64,000 nt of DNA from Phoronis australis (GCA_002633005.1 NMRA01000049.1:716321-780320); one strand, 5' to 3'; shown: positions 48,621-63,862, counted from the stretch's first letter. Notes: generated by a model from the sequence alone, not told the origin. Numbers and translations are program-made.

Positions 48621-51600
48621 TACATAAGTGGTTAGGCTATTAGAAAAACAAAGACGTTGTAACACCTGAAGACGACCGGAGAAATGACCGACAGCTTCGC
48701 CAGGCCAATATAGAGGTTGGTGTATGTAGACCAAGAAATTTTAGAAATGGTGTTACTGTATCACCACCTCAAAACGTTTTCAGGAAGTCAAAATTACTTT
48801 GTGCCAACTAGTATTGTTACTGTTCACTTATTGACAAAGATATTTGAAATCAAACGTAGGACGTTTTGGGATTAACTGGTGATGAGTCATATACATGGAT
48901 AAGTACGGATGTGGTGACGATAATATATTAGTGGTAAGGAGTCACAGACAGACAGACAGACACACACACACAAACACACACACACACGCACACACATATA
49001 TAAGTGGTCATGGGTTGCACAGATGCAATAGTGAGTCATATTTGGTGATGAATCGCATATAAGTTGTGGGTACTATAAAGTTAAGAGGCACAGCAATGAA
49101 GTCTTTAGCAAAGGAAGCTCGTTTTGGGCAATGACAAAGCTAATCGACTGAGGTACATGCGGCATATCGTTTAGTTAGTCATTGGTTGTGGAGGAAATAA
49201 ACATATTTGTAGGTGTGGATCAACGGGTTTTATTACAGCCTTTAATTAAAAAAATCGCTATAGCTTTTAATGTATAAGAGCACTCAGTACAAAGTAAAAA
49301 TACAAGATGAACCTACCACCTTGGCAAGTCAGTGAAAATACAGAAAATGAAGGCTAAATGCAACGATTGAGTTGTATAATTATACAGATGGTTACAAAAC
49401 CAACAGCGAAAAACTACATCAGCCCTGAAACGTCATTCATGAAATTTGAGACATCACTTTATCCCACACGCATTCAATAAGTCGAGTGGAATACAACCAT
49501 GTGATACTGCTTTCCATAATGCACTCCTGGGACAACTTTAACAATGCCCTGTGACATGGAAAGTTCAAAAGGTAGGTCAGTGTCGATTCGACATATTCAG
49601 TTCAATCATCAAACTTTCCCAAAATAGTTTAAAGCAATGAAATTGCAGCAGTATAAATAACACTCAGCATGCAGTCAGGTCCCAAACAGAACATTTGGAA
49701 CAAAGCTGTTAATAATATGACACTTCTGGCTCAGTTTTATTTGCTAAATATTATATCGTTTGCAACTTAGGCACCGATTCCTCGAAAGCTACAATGTTAA
49801 ATGTTGTTATTTAATCATTTTCAGGAAATGTCACAAGTTCAATGCACAGTTACCGGTGTTTTCATCTTTGTTATCTCTTTTCAAGTAATAAATGGTGGCA
49901 TTTAAAACTGTTTCTTTTAATAGAAAAGACTTGTAACGTAACGCCCAAGTATATACATGTCGGCCACCTCAACAGTCTGGGTGAATTATTTAAAAACCTG
50001 CCGAAAAAATGAAAGAAAATTAAGAATTCGAAGCGTATGGATAAATACAAAACGTATTTCGACTGGCGTAGATGAAAAATCTCGATCGATAAGCGGAATA
50101 ATGTCTCGTGGGATATTACTTCATGTACGCCACGCTCGGTACGTTTTGTGTGTGCATTCGTATTCGTAACTGTAGTACTTTCTTGTTTTTGATACGGTCC
50201 CCTATTTAGTATTTACATATTCAAGCAGGATAAGCAAAGCACATCGCGAGTAGACACGCAACAAGTCTGTAAATATGTATTAACATGATCTTGACTAAAG
50301 ACACATTTCGAATCACACAGCTTGGGATAGCACGAACATACAGATACATCCGAATTGAGGTACAGAAAAACCCAAACGGCTCAGGGACTTAAGTACACTA
50401 TGCGTGAGTTTAGGCCTATGCTCCTATATCCGAAGTAATGCGTTTTTCCAAAGAAAACATCATATTTGCGTGCTTTACATATAGGCGCATGCGCTTACGC
50501 AGCTGTGAGTCGTTCGTCTATTCACTGTCCATTCTTAGAACCTTTTATTATAATCGTTAGTCCTAATACGCCAACGTCTACCATTTGATAGTGTATAAGT
50601 CACGGTTGACTCGCTTAATTGTCTACAGCATTTCTCCTTGGTTTTGTTCTGGTGTTTTACATATAGGCACGTGCGCCCCATTGCGAGTACAGGCGCAACC
50701 GCATGTATAAGCGTAAGGACCTAGATAATGTAAAAATACATCTTAAAACGTTTCCAAATTCAAAAAAGCCTGCACCAGGGAGAATGCAATCTAAGGACCT
50801 ACGATAGGTGCACGAGATACCCGTTGTCGTTCTTCTGAGAATGCTGTAACACCTGAAGATAGCCGGAGAAATTACCGACCGAAACCTTGTTCCAATGTAA
50901 ATATGACAGAGGATGGTGTAAAGCTCCAAAAACGTTTAGAAATGATAAGATTATACGTGAAACGCTCGGGTAAAATCAAGAAATAAATTTCTAAACTAAT
51001 ATTTAAATTGAGAAAAATTGCGTTATCCATCACAAAATAGTAGACATTGACGAGTATTCCATTAACAGTAACTAGTAAATGAAAAGTACTAAGTTTAGAC
51101 AAAAAGCATAACGGGCTATGAATGGTAGACCTACCCACACAATGCTGTTAATAGTCCTACGGACACATCAATGAAGCTAAAGGAAACAAACGCAAATTCG
51201 GTAACCAGAACGTCCTTCCTAGAATATAAATGCGTGTAGTCAAGGTCCAAGCGCCAGAAATCAAAGCGAGATGCTGTGATGTTCTGTATTATCAGAAACG
51301 GATTTTACTCCAAAGTGACTAGATCGTTGGCCAGTACACAGACAAACTCATACATTGTGTTCGGCTTCAGGCCAAACACACGATGTTCTGGGCGACAGAA
51401 GAAGGTCTTCATTCGCCTCGTTTTCCTGTCTGGTGCCTCCCTGAACAAGAGGTGGTGAGTCAAGTGATCGCTTGGCTCGCATAACGCGAAGTTGTCGTGA
51501 GGACTCGATTGGGACCTCAGGGGTCTCACGCTCCACCGGCTAATTTGAAAAGGCTTTGTCCAGTCACGCGTTGTGGGTCATAAATCGAGATAATGATACC

Positions 51601-54600
51601 AACAGCTGACGCGACAAGCAGAACTACTTTCTTTTACTTCATTTGTGCACTAACTGGAGAAATTTAGAATTAGACTTTTAAACACTATCCGATCGTCAAC
51701 TTTTTTCGGGAGACTTAAATCTCAATGTAGTTTGCGCAAAGACGATGTGCAATTTTTGGAGGTGTATTGACGATGATCAACGTTAAAACGGAGAGTAAAT
51801 AAGTGCGTAATTGATCATCCAATCGGTAGTTTTGCGAGAAAGCGACGACCTTGCCGAAATTGAATAACGGAAACCCTTGAAAATCATTATAAGCGAGAAA
51901 GAGAAAACAAATATTTTCTGACGTTTAGGCTCATTAACTTTGAGTAAACGAAACGTCGCAAATATGTTCCGTCTTCTCTTGCGCGCTCAGTGTTATGGCT
52001 AAAAATCGAGTTAGGAAACATCTAGACTAAAATCTTGATGGTATCTTATTTTGCCAGCGACCATACACGGTATAAAAATGAATGAAAAGCTGAATTAGGC
52101 AAAACTTGACTTGCTGGAATTCTCGTCAAGGAACGCATAAATATCACCATCATCTTCATGTCAAAATTACCAACTAAAACTCGAGGGGGAGGGCACGAAC
52201 CTTACATCCTGGTACGCGTTTTCGTTAACGAACTTCAAAAAATAGAGCATGGAGGAGTGTTTGAAAGAGCCAAAATCCATCCAAGTCGAAGTGGCCATAA
52301 CGGAGCGATATGGAGATTTAAAATGACGTGATTTATCCATTTTTTCAGTTGCTGTGTACCTAAATGAACTGGCACAGAAAAAATGACTTAGGCCTACAGT
52401 ACGATTTTCTGAAACGTACCTCAGCGAAATCGTCAAAGAAAAAAGCGCCACTTGCCACCTAAAACGGACAAAAACAACCAAAGCGCGCAACGCGTCGCTT
52501 ACCTGAAAAAGTAACTCTTTCACTTGTTGTTTGTGGTTAAACATGTGATGTGTACCCATATTTTTGGTCGTGGCACCCTACAACGGGCTACTACTTCAAA
52601 TGACACGTATATATTGTCGATGTCAAAATTTAACTGCCCCACCGGTTCCCAGGGTTTCATGTTTTGTAATTTAAAATGATTGCATAAACTTAGGAATAAA
52701 TGCGAATTACAGGCACTGCGTTCACAAAGAGTAAGAAAACAAAAACCCAGCGGCATACGATCACCTCGCTTTAACAATGCATTGTGCGCATTCCACATAA
52801 CTAGTAGGCCACTCTTCAGATTAGTGCTTGGGCAATGAAAATAAGTGTAAGATTTCGGAAGAGTGTAATATATATTGTACATGAGAATTTCAAACGTTAA
52901 CATGACTAGTTGTTCATACTATGGGAAAAGCAATAAGGGACACAGGCACTAGCGATGATAAACTCTTCAGTATAAATATTACATTTCACAGGATGAGCAA
53001 AACATGCACTAAGCACTGTTGAGATAACCTACCGAAATCTTTTTAACTAACAATTATAAACTCTGCAATATAAACAATACACTTTATACAATGAACATGT
53101 AACAAATATACACACCCAAATAGTGTTACATGCAATCCCTGATGAGATCATCCATAAGTATGAATCCCTCCATGTAAACAATAACTCACATGGTGAGCAA
53201 AATATTTAAAGTGGGACTTAACTACAACATAGAAACCTTCAAAATTTGTGTCATAGCAGTACAAGGTTCTACTACTTGACAAAACACCATAAGTGATATA
53301 ACTGCTGAGATCACTACCTTCACGAGGAAAAGTTATCAATATAATAATATGAAACATGGGTTTGAGCAAAGTACCGGTAGGTGCACAATACTGCTATCCC
53401 TGGTGGAACCAGTCACTGAAAACCGCAATAAATTGCACACCTCACAAGATGACAATAATATGTATACAAGAATTTGCTTTTCAAGATAACCATGTGGAAA
53501 TGACAGGGTCATTGCAGAACTTGGTAAAAAATCTGCATTTCAGCCTAAAAAACAACCATTTTCAAAACCACACCAGGAGTCACTGAATAAAAATACTAAA
53601 AAAGACAGTATGTAATTCATTTCTTGGGATGCAAACAATAACTATCCTAAACTGAAAAGATCAGTCATCCAAGGCTTGAAGAATATTCAAAATAGATACA
53701 CTGGTTAAGCAATAAACTAGTAACAACAATAACGGAGACATGTCGCAATAAATACATCCCTAGTTTTATAGGAGTAAAACTAGCATTTCAAGCTCAACAA
53801 TGCCCATACAACACAAGCAGCTTACACATTTCCATAACCACACAGGCAATACTGGTGTGGTACATGAATGAGGTGCACACACTATGCATTCATACACATG
53901 TGAGTAGGACATTCTCACTGACCACAATGGTCAACAAAGCTGCATGCAGAATACTACCCTGCTGGCATCTCAAAGCATTTGATATACATAGAACATTGGA
54001 AATGAGTGGAGGGCACACTAATAAATGCTCTGGTGGGGCCCTTAAATCCAGTAAGGTCATACGCTGTTCAGCAAAAAAAAAACAGCTTTTCAAACAAATT
54101 TCCAAACACAGTACAACACTTTCAAACACGATTAAGTGCCAAAAATACCGGAATTGATACCTGGGCCCTGTCATTGATCTTTTTACAGGAATTGGAACTC
54201 GAAATTACGTTTGGAATTTTGTACTCTACTTTTGTGCGAACTTAAGACAGGTGGCTATTATCCTATGCTCCTATTAGTGTTAGTTTACAGTTGATAAACC
54301 CAAGAAGAATCCAGTACAATAAACTGGTATGTTATGAAATCCATTCTAGTTACTTCACGAAAAATAAGCAGAGCTTGGAATGAGCAATAACAAAAACAGC
54401 GGAGAAATTTCCAGCTGATGTATGATACACAAAAAATAGGTTTGGGTGATAGACATTTTTGGATGTAAAATTTACCTGAACTAAACATTTAATGAAGTCG
54501 AAAAAATCATAAAAAGAGGAAACTGGAAATCCAATCAGAGAAAATCGACACCAAAAAAGGAATTCCTCTTAAAAGACGGAAATCCCAAGCCCTGATCAAG

Positions 54601-57600
54601 TCTGTATTCTCCAGGCTTCAACGTGTACATAAATGCAACTGTCAAGCGGTATACCTTCTTGAAATTGTCACGGCAAGCTCTCTGAAATGTAAACAGTCAC
54701 AGTTTTGGTGGTGTGATTTTAAAACTTCTGGTGCTGATGACCTTGTGCACGTGCAGTAGTGTACCACAGCTTACACTCATGTAGTCAGAAGGTCACATCA
54801 CTGTTTGGAAGGGCATCATTTTTTAGAGGGATTGTTGAGTGTTGCTCAATGCTCAGGACTCAGGAGTTTTGGGAAGCAGTTGAACGAATTAGAAACCAAC
54901 GATGAAAACATTCATGAAAAGAAACCAAACCCCATAAAACGCTTTAATGAGTGGTTCGAAAAAGAGGAGATAAAAGTACATGTGCACTGTCAAGCAAGAG
55001 CTGCATGATAGTAAGAAAAGGTTCAACAAGTGAAATACAGTTTACTCACTGGTAAATATTAAACTAAGCAATCAGGGTGTAGACTGGACTGGATTATTTT
55101 GTAAACAAAAGTCAAGAGTGAACAATAGGGCCAGGTGTGCAGGACTAAGGGTTAAGCTAGTACTGGTATGCAGAATACAATGGCTTATCAATATATTATG
55201 TCATCAAATTCAGTCAACAGAGAGTGCACTATGGCAAGGGGGTTGGGGGGATCTACAGAAAACAATGAAATGAAACATAAACAAATGTAAAGAAATGAGA
55301 ACAAGGTAACAAAGACACGGCTGAAGATTGCTGTCTCCACCTCTTATTAATAAAACTTAAATGGTAATTTAAAACAATGGCTTGACATTATTTCATTTGC
55401 GAACACCATTCCAAAAATTCTGGATCTGCCACTGGCATTGAAAATCCCGGAATACCAATTCAATCCGACAACATCGGACTTGTTACAGTAAATCTACTTC
55501 ACAAAGAACAAACACAACATTGAAGGCACCATGGTATATTCGCTCAGACGTTTATCTTTCACTAAGTAACAATGTTTCTCTGACTTTAAATGTGGTAGAT
55601 GTACATAGTCTGTAATTTCATGAACACAAAATCCCACGCAAACACGGTATACTTTATCTATACAGCCAACAGCATCATGCGAGCATAAGGGATGAACAAA
55701 AAATACTTACGTTTTTCTTCACCAGGTCCAGGTACCGAGCCCGACGTAGTCGATCGGCTCAGCCTCTCACGAATCACGGCTCGACGAGCTGGTCAAACTC
55801 AGACGGCCATCCAGGAAAACCGACGTGAATTCCCAGCGCTGTCATTTACTCCCCGCTCAATTGCTTCCTTCCAATGGCCGTTTTCGTCAACTGCCTGCAT
55901 TTTCTGTCCATCTTCCATTTTGAAACGGCTACTTTTGAGTTGAGAGCAAAAACAACAACACAGCCATCCTCACGTGTTGGCCGGACTCACTACTCACCAC
56001 CATGGGCGAGTTATGTCCTTATAGACATGTTCACCAAAATGAAATTGCTGTTTTCTTGTTAAAATATAGAGTACGATTTTACTTACATTTTGATAATTTA
56101 ACATGCAAATAGTTTAAAAATGACAATTACAAGTCGATTTTGACGTCTTCCTTTGTTGACAGTGAAACCGCATTACCGCGTAGTAATCTTGTGTGACGAT
56201 TCTCTGAGTGTGCAGGGCTAGCTTGGACTGAAAGTGAAATATCTCGGCAAAAACTTCATCGATTTTCGTGGGGGAAAAACGCTTGTTTTCAGAATTTTAT
56301 GAGGAATTTGTTGATGAATCTTTTACATGTCATTGAAAAAGGCGAAAATACAAACGCGCGAGTCATATTTCTTCAGGCAGCCCTTAGCGGCTCCACGAGC
56401 AATAAAATGTAATCGACCGAATAGATTCGTCGACCACAGATTTACCCTGTGGTTTTTCCGCTTGATCCCAGACCGCCCCGAGTTGCTCCAGCAGCCAACT
56501 CGGGGCGTTCTCTCACGAGGGTTTAGCGTTATGCGGCTGTGGACGTGCAGTATATGTGTATGGATGTGGTATATGTCCGACAATGGTCTTCACGTATTTC
56601 CGGTTCTGAAAAGAGGTAGGACCCCATTACACCAAAGCTTATTAAACTTCGCTCTCTAAATCCACATTTAAAGAAGCTAAACTTTGAATTCACTTGAATT
56701 GGATTTTGACCTTGAGAGAAATGAGCCCAAGGGTCGCTTTTCACGGGGTGTATTTTTAACGTGGACCCGTGAAAAACCACCCGGCTGCTAATGAAAGCTT
56801 ATCAGTAGTTCAAAATGTGTCAAAGGGGGCATTTTCGATGGTTTTGTATAACTACCAAAGCAAAGTATTGGCATGCAGTTTGACGTCAAAAGGCAGGTGC
56901 TCCAGGCGCCACGTCTTCGGAAGCGCGAGAAATAAAATTGTTTTGAGAGGTGAAAACAGATCGCCACCGGAGGGTGAGGGGACAATTAGCGGGCAGTTGA
57001 CGAAATCTGGAGACGACCTGAGAGGTGGAACCCAAAAGTGAGCGTTTACACCCTGGCCGCTTCACCACGGCCGGTGGTTAGGTGTATAGCCTGGCAATCG
57101 ATATCAGTCAGCTGTATATCAGCCACCGGTATAATGACAGATTTTCTCCTTTTGCCCATCGACTTAGAATGTTTTCTTTCGTATATTAAAATCTACGAGA
57201 TGGAAATGAATTGCAGGGAGTGTTTGTTTTTAAAACTTTCAAGTAACAGCGATGTTGAGTTTGAATTAGGATTCTCGCCGTCCATACCTGGCTGTTGTAA
57301 AAAAGGAATGCTGCCGGCGAATACCATAACAAATTCCAAAACTTCACAGATTGCGCCCAAGGTGGCTGGGATGTCGTATCACCCTTTCTCCAAGCGAATT
57401 TAAATAAGGTACCTTTTGCGCCCGAGAGCTTGAAAATTCGCCAATGTCCTTTGATACCAGGAGTGGTAAGTGAAGTGAAAAGTGGTCGTTATCAGGTTCA
57501 TGCACCAGTGATATTTTAGAGCTGGGAAGCACTTCACAAATCAGGCCTATACTGAGAAGGGAGGGGGGGGCAACAACGCAAGTAGATTTTTTTTCCAAAA

Positions 57601-59699
57601 CTTTACCTGCCCTGACCTTGTCAACGTCGCTACGTAGAAACTTTCAACGATACGATCGGATTATCATGGAATGTTAGATTTTGATTCACTTAGTGGATAT
57701 TTATGCTTGAATAGCTCCAATGACAGCTGATGCTGGAGTAGTGTCAACCATAGTTTAGGTTGCTTGTGAATAACTGAGTGTGCAGGCAGTGTATGCATAA
57801 ACATTTCAGTAAAGACTCACTACGATCGTCGAAGCATTGCCATTTGAACTACAAAACTTTATTTGGGTGTTCACCTCACTGAGATTAGAAGAGAATATCG
57901 AACTTCAGAGGAAGGAAGACTGAACGTAAGTAAGTAGTAAGTGACATTCTTTGCACTGAGCGAAATCATCATCTATAAATTTTACAAAACTTCAACTGAA
58001 TGAAAATCCTCAGCCACAGCCTAAAATATAGGGGCTCGAATTTTTCAGTATGTGGACCGTTTACAGATAAAACGGGGACTAAAAAAATAACGAAAAACGG
58101 GGTACTACGTTAAGATTGGCACCGATTTCCTGCAAACTTTTGTCTCGTTTCATAGGATTTTTGTTTCTCTAAGGCGGGCCATTTTGTACACTTCGCCAAG
58201 TTGGGGACTCATTTGATGCCCCCCCTCCGAGGCCCCCTTGGGTGCGCGCTTGCACAGTGCCTGCTGTACAGTACTCTTCGCAGCAACGGGAAAGACTCTA
58301 CTGAATGAATACACTGTCTATGGCAATATGGTAGGAATTACGCTATTACGCTAGTTCCGTGACCAAACACTGGGAGAGTTAATGGTTTATACATTGAGAT
58401 TCAAAGAGTGCAAACACAATGTTTCACTACTGAAGACTCACGGCTTATGTTCAGAGCTCCAGGCGTCATAGTGCGAATCTCAATCACAGAGGACTGTTCC
58501 CCTACCCCAGCTGCATTCCAAGCACGTAACCAACAATGACGCTGTCTAAGCGGAGATTGTCCTGCATAATGACACGTCTCGTGTCATCTGGGCTCCTTGT
58601 GTGTCTCCTGAACTGATTAGAAGGTGTCGTCACAATTATCTCCTGAAAACAGATACACAAGACACTGTAGAACGTATCGCCTATGTTAGCCAATCTTTGC
58701 TGCACAAGCTCATCGTTTCTTTTACATAATTCTAAGTACTTGCTTTCTATAATGTATCCGAACTACTGCAGGAAGGCAAAATCAGTTTCCAGCAGGGCCC
58801 CCGGAGGCTCGACAATCGGAAAAAGTGTTGGGGCTCTTTCGGAACAGTCGCATCCCACAGATCGGTTAAGGGTCATTTTATCACCAAAAGGAGAATCATA
58901 CGACACCTTCCTTGACAAGCGATTAGCCTAAAACGATACCATGAAAGCGACTTTGGCCTATTAACAGACATCAAAAACGACTTTCCCATGCAGGTCTCTG
59001 AAACAATATAACACCCTGTAACCCTCGGCAACTCTCAAAATTGGGATCTATGCTTTAAGCGAGTTAGAGGACTGCTAGGGAAAGGCCAATCACCAAAAAC
59101 CGCACTAGTCAACCTTTGATACAGACAGTATGTGAATTTAGTTGAATCCCGCTGCTATTACCCAAGTGAGACGACAATCGAGCATTGGCAAGCGACAGAA
59201 CGAGGATTGGTTAAAAATCCCCAAAACAGGGTTTAATTTCTTTTTAAATATTATAACGAGCGAAAACCCCTTTTGGCCTTTCTAGGTGCAAAGCTGAAAG
59301 CATACGGAATACCTCCGTATTTTAATAGTCTCAAATTAGCCCTCAATAAATGCTTCTCATATGTGATTATGTGCGAACTTCAATCGGAACAGCAAATTGA
59401 TTTGATCAAAAGACGAGGTTTAAAAAATCATGACTAGCCGTCCATCAAACGGGTATGTTTCAAATTACAATATCCATGGTCATAAACTAAACTTGTCATT
59501 TATTGGACATAATGAATAAGTAAAAATACACTTGATTAAACAAAAGAGTGTGCGTTAAATAATAGCCGAACGATGATCGTTTAAGAACTAAAGATGCGTA
59601 TTGAATAAGCAAAATTATGCGTTGATTAAGCACAACAACACAACAACTTACAGAAGTGTTCAAATAAAATAACGAGAAAGCATTTCATTGTTACTTCCA

Positions 59700-62160
59700 A
59701 GTTAAAAAGTACTGCTTAATTTTCTGTTCTGGCATCTGGTCAACTCTATGGGTACCTTCATGTTTCAAAAACACATTTCCAATCTTCCCATTTTTGTATC
59801 ATTAAATTTCCGTGTGTTTAACGAAGCACTAACCTGTACATTAAAACATACCCTTAAAAATTTTTTAAGACATCTTAAATTAGGTTTGACGTTAGCAAAT
59901 TTCATTTTAAAAATGAAAATTTTAGTTTGTAAAAGGAACAAATTCAAACTTCTATACTCTTTATTTTGAAGACCAAATGCAATGGTGGTTTTGTCTATTT
60001 CAAAATTTACTTGCATTGCAGTCATTAACCAGAGACGTGCCCCATGCCAGAAAGAATTAACATATTCACATTCAGAGAATAAATGTTCTAGAGTTTCGGG
60101 AAAGTATTTACAAAAAGTACAAGTATTTGAGTCCAGACATCTAATCTTATTTAAATAATAAGTAGTAGGTAGAATTCTATGCAGTAAGCGGAACTGAAAG
60201 AAAAGTAAGCTTGTGTCATTCATACATTCATGTGAAAGTTTGTAATAGAAATTCCACATCTTCTGTGATAGCGAAAATCCCAATAATTTGAATTTTTTGT
60301 GCCGATGGTATTATGTTATTTTTGCACAGAATATGGTAAGAATCCTGACATCCCTTTTTTGTCAAAATAATATTTTTTAGAGTAAAAGGTACAAGTGGTC
60401 CATATATCTTTTTTAGTATTAAGATTTTGGAAAACGTATTCAGATATTTTTTATTGCACTGACAATTGAATAATATTTGAGAAATCTGACATTAATCTGA
60501 TGAATCGTCTGGAAGAAGCTACCATTCCAGTCTAAAAAATCGTTCACAAATATTATACCTTTTTCAATGAATGACTAATCAATACAAGAACTGTATTCCA
60601 CCGTTATACTACTGTTGGCCCACACATTAATTAACACCGCATCTTCGTGACCTGAAATAGTTTGCTTGTGAACGAAAAGGCCCCAACAGTGGAAGCATTC
60701 TCTCCAAAAAGAGTTACAATTATCCGATCTAGTTAACCTATATTCTCCATAGTTCAATATTCCATCTCCAGCAAACCCGATATCTTTTTGCAACAAATAA
60801 GTCCATGGAGATGTTGTTAAAAAGAATCTTCTAATCCATGAAATTTTTAAAGACATATTAAATTTTCTGACATCAATCATCATCAATCCACCCTCTTCTA
60901 TGGATTTAATGAGTACTCCTCTTTTTATTTTATAAGGTTTTCCGTCCCAAATGAATTTAAAAGACAAAAGTTCCAATATCGGCAAAAGTAGAATCATTGA
61001 GACTTGGGAGCAACATTAGCAGATGTATAATTTTTGGAAGCATAAGTGACCTTTCCAAATATAGTCAGCTTTCTACGAGACCATATACAGTGTATTAATC
61101 AGATTCTTCATTTCCATTATTTTTGCATCAAAGTTATCTTTGGACATGGTTTGCAAGTTCACGCTGAAATTAATACCGAGAAGCTTAAAATCAACGTCAC
61201 CCCATTTTATTTTCCAACGCGTGCGGTGAAACGCTTCTTGAGATAATTTTCTACTTCCAATCCACACTTTGTTTTAGAATAGTTTATCTTCAGCCCCGAC
61301 ATCCCTGCATAGAACTCCAGGTTGTTCATAAGTGCTGCCAGGGATCTTGGACTTCCATCTGCATATTGTGTTATAACGAAGTTTTCTTCGTCGATTTTAG
61401 CACCTTTCACTTCAGGATCATGTTTAATCAATACTGACAAAGTTTCAGCACACAGTATAAAGATATAAGGGGAGAGAGGATCACCTTGTCTGCATCCGCG
61501 GTCTAGTATGAAGTCGCCTGACAGAAATCCATTTTTTGTATGACAGGGCACTTGGTTTATTATAAAATGTTCTAATATAAAGAATAATGTTGGCTTTGAA
61601 ATTATCCAGGACTTTGAATAAAAAGTCCCAGGAAACACTATCAAAAGCCTTTTCAAAATCTATGCATACAAGTAGTCCTGGAATGTTGTGTTTGTCTGTA
61701 CAACTCATAATATCATAAATTAGTGTTGTGTTCTCAGCCATAAGCCTTCCTTTAATAAATCCAGTTTGGGTATTTGCAATCAGTTTGTATAGAACTTTTT
61801 TAATTTTGTTTGCAACGTATCCCAAAGCCAGTTTGTATACATTATTCAATAAAGTTATTAGTCGGCAGTTTTTCAGAAACTGTTTCGACTTGTCTGGTTT
61901 TGGAATACATGTAATAATCCCAGTCCGTTGATTTGTGGACATTTGTCCCTTTTCAAAACTACATTTAATGAGCCGCAATACAAAATATTTTATGTCTTCC
62001 CAAAAGAACGTTAAAAATTCCATCGTAAATCCATCAGAGCCTGGACTTTTCTCGTTTTTTGTGTTTTAAAGCCTCAAATAATTGATCAATATCAATTTCC
62101 TTTTCTAGTTGGATTGTCTCCAACTCCAAAAGTACCGGAAACTGACAATGTCTGATTACA
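59700..62160 (-). mobile_element. Degenerate L1/Tx1-clade LINE ORF2 (RT plus zf-RVT)
   Basis: KSPGSDGF, LITLLNNVYK, QTGFIKGR, IDFEKAFDSVSW, RGCRQGDPLSPYIF, QYADG, FIWDGK..EEGGL, FQFRLLHRIL..CTFC..ETLEHLFSEC. Many frameshifts. Confidence 0.9.
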
Positions 62161-63348
62161 CTATTCAACAGAACAGAAATAATGCATAGATTCATCAAGT
62201 TGGCTGTTTATGCTGCATTTCCAACTAAAACTTACCTAAGTCTCGATTTTACAGTGCCCACTGACACCCCCAGGCAATTCGCTATGGCGTCATCTTTGCT
62301 TTAGTTAAAGACATGGGTTGTTCTTTGGATATGTTTTTCTTTGGACCTCCTATTTTCCCATTACACATCCAAGGTGCTGTGTATCCATATAGAGCTACAA
62401 TTGACCAGAGTACAGATATTTAATTTTCCATAGATCAAAACTATAAGATGCGTTACACTTTAAAACAAGTTTATTTCTCAAAATTTCTCCAAGATATATA
62501 TTTTTTCTCAGAAAACAATTGCAAATGTACAGAATAGCCTGTGCTTAAATATTGAAGAATAGGTTATTGTACGAATACATTATTTTTGGATGTAGGCACA
62601 TGGGTCTTATTTGCACAGAAGGTTTTAAGTACCTAACTGCTATGTTGCACAAGGTACCTGTGTTATTACTTTCCAGTAATGTTTTTGCCTCATGACGTAG
62701 TTGTGACAGGAGACCAGTAATACGCTCCGACTCGCTCTCTGTGCATAGACTGCCACTGGCTCTCAGCACATTAGTCATCAATTGTTCACACCTGAAATAA
62801 CATGTAATGTAGACTCAGTCAACAGATAGACAGCGACAGTTTAATTTGAATTTCGTTCATGCTCCTTTCCCAAATTAGGCTGCCTGTCGACCTAGTACAA
62901 CTGTGAGCTATGATGTGAAGCACATGTCGTTAATCGATACATATGCATGATTCTAAAGTGATCATAGCATCTTCGCCAAGTCAAAATAGAGTTCCCCGTT
63001 ACGCGTTGACAACAACAAGAGTAGTATTTATACAGCAAATTTATCGTAGAGTTCGTTTAGTTAAGTCGACAGTGTACCCACAGTCGGCCCCTAAATAAAA
63101 ATTGATCGATCTTAACCATTTCAGTCTCGGGCACAAACAGTAAATCAAATGAAGGGTATAGCTGTGCTTACGTTAGCATTCAGCAAAATGCAGACGCCGG
63201 ATACATGTGTACGCCGACTCTGGTAAGATGACTTACAGTCAGGGAGACAAATTTACGGAATTTTCGTAATCAATGGAACATTGAGTCTGAGACAACTTTT
63301 TTAAGTACAGTCACTGAATTTGTTGGTATGTTAATTTTCCACCAGCAT

Positions 63349-63468
63349 CAGTGGCGGATTTAGAGGGGCGCATTTGGCAGTTCGGAGGTGAGAATGCCTG
63401 ACTGGCAAAATCCTGGCTTATGCTTTGCCCTGACCCCCCTCTTACTAAAAATCCTGGATCCGCCCCTG
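63349..63468. mobile_element. Short MITE with 5-bp flanking duplication AGCAT
   Basis: CAGTGGCGGAT ... ATCCGCCCCTG termini; AGCAT at 63344-63348 and 63469-63473. Confidence 0.68.
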
Positions 63469-63688
63469 AGCATACCTCACTCTGGTGAAAGAAACTAACC
63501 TTAGTGTCACTGAATTGAGGACACCTGTTTCCACGGGAGGCGTAGAAATTCGTCGACACATGTCATTTACAATTCGCTGCACATTCAACAGCAAGTCATC
63601 TCCATGTCCATTCGTAGCCATATTGGTTTTTCGAGTACATGTATGTTAGGTTACCATTGATTGGTTTAAATTTGGAACGTTCTTGAGG

Positions 63689-63862
63689 AATTTTACGAGC
63701 GTAATTTACGGCGACATTTCCTTATTTAATTTACGCTCGTTATTACGAGCGTAATTTTACGCCGAAAATTTTCACCATTTAATTTACGAGCGTAATTTTA
63801 CGGCGACACTCCTGCAATTCAAATTACGAGCGTAATTATGAGCGTAATTTTACGGCGACACT
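63689..63862. repeat. Array of short TTACGAGCGTAATT(T)TACGGCGACA repeats
   Basis: About 5-6 imperfect copies, each with a self-complementary AATTACG-nn-CGTAATT type core. Confidence 0.8.

Noticed and set aside
52167-58931. Scattered short ORFs and isolated splice-donor-like sites
   Set aside because: No consistent exon chain or protein motif could be supported by eye.
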